Shown piece after piece: positions 58,810 through 64,000 of a DNA stretch of 64,000 nt. The stretch is taken from the NCBI GenBank assembly GCA_965208835.1, contig OZ242358.1, positions 2,784,001 to 2,848,000 on the forward strand, in the 5' to 3' direction. Origin of the DNA: Candidatus Latescibacterota bacterium. GTDB lineage: Bacteria; Latescibacterota; UBA2968; GCA-2709665. Under the pieces are notes generated by a model. The model was not told the DNA's origin and did not search any database. It saw nothing but the letters and a program-made list of their open reading frames with translations. Both the position numbers and the translations under genes were made by a program. Numbering within the stretch: position 1 is the stretch's first letter; the number at the start of each line of letters is the position of its first letter.

Positions 58810-60168
58810 TCAACCGGAACGCGGGCGTCCCCCTTCGCCAAGCCGGTGTACGAAGTAAACGGTGGGCGGCACGAACAGGAGGGCGATCCAGAACATGGGC
58901 CGATATGAGATCCACGCCACCAGCAGACCGGCCAGGACCGGCAGAAACCCTTGTGGCAGCGCAAACATGTTCAGAAAGCTGGTATACGTGGGTCGGCGGT
59001 TTTCCGGCGCAAGTTCGAGCACGTATGCCATGCGGCCGTTGAACATCGCGCTGCTCGCAAACCCCGAAAGGACAAACGTCAGCGCGTAGAAGGCGACGTG
59101 CGGATCGAATGCCCAGTCGATGCCCCAATTCGAAAGCGGCGCGAAGGACAGTGACGGCACGTACCTGGCCAACAGCGGAATAGCGACCGACAACGCCATC
59201 AGGTAGGACCCGTACACCAGGAGCGAACGGTTGCCTTTCCGATGACCGACGTGGGCCCAGAGCGCGTTTGACAACACGGTACTGACCTGCATCACTGAAA
59301 CAAAGACCCCCACATAGACCAGCCCGAACCCCAGGTCGGTAATCGCGTAAGGCACATAGAACGGCGCTCCCATCATCATAAACGACCAAAGGACCTGCAT
59401 CCCGCACAATCGACGGTAGTCGGGATCGTTCTTCAGAAGGCGAAACCCGGTATTCAGGTAGTTGGAAAGCGGCTGCCGGAGATACCGCACCGGACCCACC
59501 GGTTCCCGGATTCTGCTGAATACGAAAACCGAAAGCGCGTTTCCCAGTCCGGCCAGCAGGAACAGCGACGCGTAGTTCGACGGAAATGCAATCCCGCTGC
59601 GGTCGCTGAGTACGAAGGTAATCACCCCGCCCGCCGCCATGGCCGTAATGCCGCCGCACAGCCGCCGTACCGCAAACAGGCGCGACCGTTCCCTTGGCGG
59701 GACGACCTTTCCCACGATGTCCATCCACGGAACGTTCCATATGCCCATCATGGAAGTGGAAATCGCGTATAGAACCAGAAAGCAGCACAAAAAATAAAAG
59801 GACTGACGACCTCCCATCAGGTACGTCAGTCCCGCGATCACCAGCCAGACGGTACTGCGCATCCCGCCCGCCAGAAGCAGGAAGGGCATTTTTCGTCTTC
59901 TGCCTTCGACAATACGGGAGATGAATATCTGAGGCCACGCCCAACCGATACGCATCAGCGCGCCGACCAGTCCGACCGCGACGCTCGACGCCGTCAGCGA
60001 TTGTACGAAGGCCGGAAGCAGCATATCCGAACTGGCCAGGGTCATCGACATGAAGACGAGACCGCCGTTCAGAATCAAGAGCCGCCTGTTCCGGCGTACT
60101 TCCGCCGGATCCGGTTCGTCCGGATCGGCCTGTACCCGCCTCCTGTGCGCAGTTGAAAACTCTCTCAT
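58810..60168 (-). CDS. MFS transporter
   Basis: About 12 hydrophobic segments; WMDIVGKVVP, ELAPENRRPTY. Confidence 0.85.
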   Translation of the reverse strand: MREFSTAHRRRVQADPDEPDPAEVRRNRRLLILNGGLVFMSMTLASSDMLLPAFVQSLTASSVAVGLVGALMRIGWAWPQIFISRIVEGRRRKMPFLLLAGGMRSTVWLVIAGLTYLMGGRQSFYFLCCFLVLYAISTSMMGIWNVPWMDIVGKVVPPRERSRLFAVRRLCGGITAMAAGGVITFVLSDRSGIAFPSNYASLFLLAGLGNALSVFVFSRIREPVGPVRYLRQPLSNYLNTGFRLLKNDPDYRRLCGMQVLWSFMMMGAPFYVPYAITDLGFGLVYVGVFVSVMQVSTVLSNALWAHVGHRKGNRSLLVYGSYLMALSVAIPLLARYVPSLSFAPLSNWGIDWAFDPHVAFYALTFVLSGFASSAMFNGRMAYVLELAPENRRPTYTSFLNMFALPQGFLPVLAGLLVAWISYRPMFWIALLFVPPTVYFVHRLGEGGRPRSG

Positions 60169-60258
60169 GCCAAACTCTTCCGTCCGCTTACCGCGCAGAG
60201 AGCCGGGCAGGTCCCGCTCGTCGGGCGTTCCACCATCGTCAGGGCACGTCGGGGCGTC

Positions 60259-61887
60259 TCAGAATCCAATCGCGTAGCCGTCCCGCCTGGGATCCGCACC
60301 TCCCATCAGGGCACCGCTTTCCCGGTCTACGGCAATCCCCTGCGCCCCGCCCGTTACGTGCGAGAATGCGTCGACAACATCAATCTGATGCCCGCGGCGA
60401 ATAAGGCCTGACCGGATCTCTTCCGGTACGCGGGACTCCATATAGACGCGTGTGCCGGCGTGTTGGAAGCGAAATCTCGGCGCCTCGATCGCCGCTTGAA
60501 TGTTCATCCCGTAATCCAGGAAATTGGTGGTAAACTGGGTTGTCGTCTGCTGGATTCCCCAGCTGCCCGGAGTACCGAGAGCCGCCAGGAGACGACCATC
60601 CTCGAATATCTGGCACGGTGAAAGACACATATCGATTTTCTTGTGCGGCTCAATGCAATTCGGGCTGCCCGGGACTGTATCGGCCCATTTGATGAAATTG
60701 TTCAGGAACATTCCGGTATTTCCGATAATCTCACCTGAACCGAACCCTGAGCCCAGACTCTGCGTAACCGCCACGGCGTTACCCTCCGCGTCCACCGCGT
60801 CGAAGTGCGTCGTGCATTCGTTCAGCCAGTCCCCCGGCTGTCCCGGAGCGATCTCGCCCGGCATTCCGGCCGGGGCATAATATTCCCCGCGATTCACCGC
60901 CGCCCGTTCCCCGACCAGTCTCCTGCGTTCGTTCGCATACGCTTTTGAAAGCAATCCACCCAGTGGCGCTTCGCGTGCCGCGGCGAATGCAACCCGATCT
61001 GCATTGCCCAGTTTCAATACCTCGATAAAAAGGTGGAGCGCCTCTTCCGAGAGGTGGCCCATGTCTTTGAGATCGTAGCTTTCGAGCATATTCAGGGCCT
61101 GCAGAATGTGAAAGCCGGCACTGGGCAACGGCGGACAGAATACCCGGAAACCGCGGTAAGACGTGGAAATGGCGTCCGACCACTCGACCTCGAAATCCGC
61201 AAGGTCTCTTTCGGAAAGGAGCCCACCTTCTGCCTGGATATACCCGGTAATATCCGATCCGAGATCTCCGCGATAGAAGACCTCGGCGCCCCCTTCCACG
61301 ACCCTGCGAAACGTCCGCGCGAGATCCCTCTGGATCAGGATGTCGCCAGCCAGGGGCGCCCGGCCGCGGCCCAGAATCACCCCGGCTCCCGTCGGCCGCA
61401 TTCGAGGCAGGGCATCTTGTATAAACCTGGAATTCTTCACCGTGGCGGCGAAACCGTTCTCCGCAAGTTCAATGGCGGGCGCGAACACGGTTGCACGGTC
61501 CATAGTACCGTATCGGTCAAGAAGCTCGAGCCACCCTCCGCAGGCGCCGGGAACCAGGCACGACATCACACCGCCGTCCTGATGGCGCGGCGACGGGAAA
61601 GCCTCTGAGGTGGCGGCGTGCGGGGTGCGGCCGCAGTAATCCAACACACGCACACGGTTTTCCGCAGCAGAATAAGTCAGCGCATATCCCACGCCGGCAA
61701 TGCCCGACATATATGGCTCGACGACATTCAGCGCCGCCGCGACAGCGACCGCCGCGTCGAACGCATTGCCCTGCTCGAGAAGAATGCGGACCCCGGCGAG
61801 GCTTGCCAGCGGATGTGCGCTGGCAACCATTCCCCGGGTGCCCGTCGCCGTGGAACGATGAACGGTTCCAACAGAAGAAAACGCCAT
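60259..61887 (-). CDS. ggt: Gamma-glutamyltransferase family protein (no signal peptide)
   Basis: GNAFDAAVA, VPG, TTHF (autocatalytic Thr), GTPG, APRF, GADPRRDG. Confidence 0.93.
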   Translation of the reverse strand: MAFSSVGTVHRSTATGTRGMVASAHPLASLAGVRILLEQGNAFDAAVAVAAALNVVEPYMSGIAGVGYALTYSAAENRVRVLDYCGRTPHAATSEAFPSPRHQDGGVMSCLVPGACGGWLELLDRYGTMDRATVFAPAIELAENGFAATVKNSRFIQDALPRMRPTGAGVILGRGRAPLAGDILIQRDLARTFRRVVEGGAEVFYRGDLGSDITGYIQAEGGLLSERDLADFEVEWSDAISTSYRGFRVFCPPLPSAGFHILQALNMLESYDLKDMGHLSEEALHLFIEVLKLGNADRVAFAAAREAPLGGLLSKAYANERRRLVGERAAVNRGEYYAPAGMPGEIAPGQPGDWLNECTTHFDAVDAEGNAVAVTQSLGSGFGSGEIIGNTGMFLNNFIKWADTVPGSPNCIEPHKKIDMCLSPCQIFEDGRLLAALGTPGSWGIQQTTTQFTTNFLDYGMNIQAAIEAPRFRFQHAGTRVYMESRVPEEIRSGLIRRGHQIDVVDAFSHVTGGAQGIAVDRESGALMGGADPRRDGYAIGF

Positions 61888-62236
61888 GGATTTGATTCCT
61901 TACCGACAGGTCTCCCCGGTTCAGTTCCTGCCAAGGGCCCCACACACCGTATCCATTATATCACAAAACGGAAATAATTCACGGCGGGCATTTCGGAAAA
62001 TAAGCGCGGCTGTCAATTCCCGATCGGGTCGTCGGAACCGGCACGGCGACAGCCGACGGGCAAGCGGAAGATAGTCCATGCGGGATTGCAAGTCAATGCC
62101 CGTTTCCCAAGCCCCTTGGGGTTCGTCCACCTCGTTTATGCTTGACAAATAAGGCTGGTCGTAGCTTCTTATACGGTTCCCGCATGACCATCCACAGCCT
62201 GTTTCCCACGCGATTCCGCCGATAGACAATCGCCCT

Positions 62237-63268
62237 ATGAATCAGGATTTGCCATTAATACCGACGAGTGTGATCGGAAGCTACGCGCTGCCGGGCTGGT
62301 TGTGGACGGCCGTGGAACAGATCGAAAAGGGCGAGTACGGACCCACTGACGTGCGCGAGACGTTCGATGACGCCGTGCATCTCGCCATGCTGGACCAGAC
62401 GCGAGCAGGGGTGGATCTCATCTCGGACGGTGAAATGCGGCGCTGGTATTTCGTTCAGAGTTTCTACCGCCGTTTCAAAGGGCTTGCGTCACGGCCGACA
62501 CTTCGGCGCACGGGCGTCTACGGCTACGACAGCGTCCCGCGCTGGTGGCCGGAGGAACGTATCCAGGTGCCCGACGGCCTCGGTATCGTCGAGGAGTTTC
62601 AATTCGCCCGATCCGTCACGGATCGCCCGTTGAAGGCCACCTGCCCCGGCCCTCTCACGCTTACGATACACATTCAACTGAAAGACGACCGCATCTACAA
62701 GGACCGGATCGAACTCGCGTACGAGTTCGCGGGAGTGGTTAACCGAGAACTCAAACGCCTGGTTGACGCGGGTGCGCAATTCATACAACTGGACGAACCT
62801 TCGTTTTCCATAGTACCCGGAGACGACCGGAGCTGGATCGACCTGTTCAATGAAACCGTACAGGGCGTTAACGCCAAAATCGGCCTTCATATCTGTTTTG
62901 GAAACCTGGGCAGCCGTCCGAGGGGAAAACGCCGGTACGACTGGATGCTGGACGACATCCTTCGTGCCGACGCCGAACAGATCTCCCTGGAGTTTGCGAA
63001 CCGTGAACTTGCGGAACTGGAACTCTGCGCGGAAATCGCAAAGGAGAAGGAGGTCGCCGCCGGCCTGGTCGACATCAAATCCTTTTACGTCGAAACTCCC
63101 GAGGATGTCGCTGAACGGGTGCGACTGACCCTTCAATACGTCCCGGCGGAGAAGCTTACGGTCACACCCGACTGCGGTTTCTTTCAGTTGCCCCGGTGGC
63201 TGGCCTTTCAGAAGCTCCGGAATATGGTCAAGGGCGTGGATATTGTCCGCAGGGAATTAGCAGGATAG
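62237..63268 (+). CDS. Cobalamin-independent methionine synthase II family (single-barrel core MetE)
   Basis: IGSY, SDGEMRR, PGPLT, IQLDEP, HICFGN, PDCGF Zn ligands; only 343 aa. Confidence 0.9.
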   Translation: MNQDLPLIPTSVIGSYALPGWLWTAVEQIEKGEYGPTDVRETFDDAVHLAMLDQTRAGVDLISDGEMRRWYFVQSFYRRFKGLASRPTLRRTGVYGYDSVPRWWPEERIQVPDGLGIVEEFQFARSVTDRPLKATCPGPLTLTIHIQLKDDRIYKDRIELAYEFAGVVNRELKRLVDAGAQFIQLDEPSFSIVPGDDRSWIDLFNETVQGVNAKIGLHICFGNLGSRPRGKRRYDWMLDDILRADAEQISLEFANRELAELELCAEIAKEKEVAAGLVDIKSFYVETPEDVAERVRLTLQYVPAEKLTVTPDCGFFQLPRWLAFQKLRNMVKGVDIVRRELAG

Positions 63269-63377
63269 GCATGACAACGCCCCACCACAGAATGAGTGGT
63301 TCGTACAGGAAACGAACTCACGGTTCGATTCTTCTGTCATCCGCATCGCCGGGCGGGGTCACGTAGAGGAGCGGAAC

Positions 63378-64000
63378 ATGGATGTTGTTGAAATCACGGC
63401 CGACCTGGTATCTTACAATTCAGCGTCTCAGTTCAGCAATACACCGGTATCCCGTGCCATTGCCAGGTGGCTTCGAGAGGCGGGCATGTCGGTGGAACTT
63501 CTCAATTACGTGGACCCGGCTGGCACGCAAAAGACAAATGTGATAGGAAAAAAGGGAGACGGTACCGGAGGCATTGCCCTGCTCGCCCATTCAGACGTGG
63601 TTCCGGCCGAGGGATGGGCTTCGGACCCATTCAAGCTCACAGCCAGGAAAGACCGGCTCTACGGACGAGGCAGTGCGGACATGAAAGGATCCGTGGCCTG
63701 TATGATCGCGGCCGCGAACGCCTTCTCCGTCAATGAACTCAAAACACCTGTCTACGTAATCGTCACCGCCGATGAGGAAACGGACTGCAGCGGCGCGAAG
63801 GCCGTCGCATCGAAGTCAAAGATCTTCAAGTCATCCGACATCAGGTATGGCATCGTCGGCGAACCCACGCTTCTCGACGTTGTATATGCGCACAAGGGCT
63901 CGCTCAAATTCGATGCGACCGCAAGTGGCAAAGCGGCGCACAGCAGCACCGGCAAAGGCGAGAATGCCAATCACAGACTCATTCCGTTCCTGAACGACGT
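63378..64000 (+). CDS. argE: M20 metallopeptidase, acetylornithine deacetylase-like (3'-truncated by the window edge)
   Basis: Not in the ORF track. GAGGAG RBS, MDVVEITADLV, LAHSDVVP, LYGRGSADMKG, TADEE, VGEPT, AAHSS; open to the window end. Confidence 0.82.
   Translation, partial: MDVVEITADLVSYNSASQFSNTPVSRAIARWLREAGMSVELLNYVDPAGTQKTNVIGKKGDGTGGIALLAHSDVVPAEGWASDPFKLTARKDRLYGRGSADMKGSVACMIAAANAFSVNELKTPVYVIVTADEETDCSGAKAVASKSKIFKSSDIRYGIVGEPTLLDVVYAHKGSLKFDATASGKAAHSSTGKGENANHRLIPFLND

Noticed and set aside
57965-59944. 659-aa minus-strand ORF
   Set aside because: Alternative frame of the MFS gene plus antisense of the oxidoreductase; low-complexity composition
62140-62236. SAM riboswitch upstream of the MetE-like gene
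   Set aside because: No AUC-AGA/GCAACC/GGUGC core or equivalent structure visible
1-64000. CRISPR array, tRNA/rRNA, transposase, integrase, phage or defence genes
   Set aside because: No regularly spaced repeats, cloverleaf/TTCGAATC context or corresponding protein motifs recognised by eye; a tool-based scan could still find weak cases

Overview
GC-rich bacterial chromosomal window with about 50 CDS. I found no rRNA, tRNA, CRISPR array or intact mobile element. The cohesin-like/FlgD 'NxPNPFNPST' exported protein, DUF2723, purN-mreBC synteny and the many TIM-barrel, amidohydrolase and PhyH paralogues suggest an FCB-superphylum organism such as Latescibacterota (inference only). Content in order: sugar-acid catabolic genes (1-10 kb); tamA/tamB; clpB behind a near-consensus sigma54 promoter; two paralogous ~835-aa PHP-like (CehA/McbA-type) metallohydrolases; a lysine riboswitch with terminator/antiterminator upstream of asd; a six-gene minus-strand hydrolytic cluster containing an intact and a catalytically degenerate CE7 esterase; mreBC; purN; galU; a tightly coupled thioredoxin/GILT-like-pcm-small membrane protein-DUF402 operon; a tetrapyrrole operon; anmK-GT2-DUF2723; MATE; a disulfide oxidoreductase; MFS; ggt; a core MetE-type protein; and a partial ArgE. 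Four signals are absent from the ORF track: (i) a purC remnant whose N- and C-termini are fused in frame at a shared VRD microhomology, (ii) a 58-aa two-TM protein translationally coupled to DUF402, (iii) a triple ATGCCA-N3-TGGCAT palindrome array overlapping a sigma54-like promoter that points into a terminator (candidate ~65-nt sRNA), and (iv) the lysine riboswitch. All calls come from motif recognition by eye. No database searches were run.
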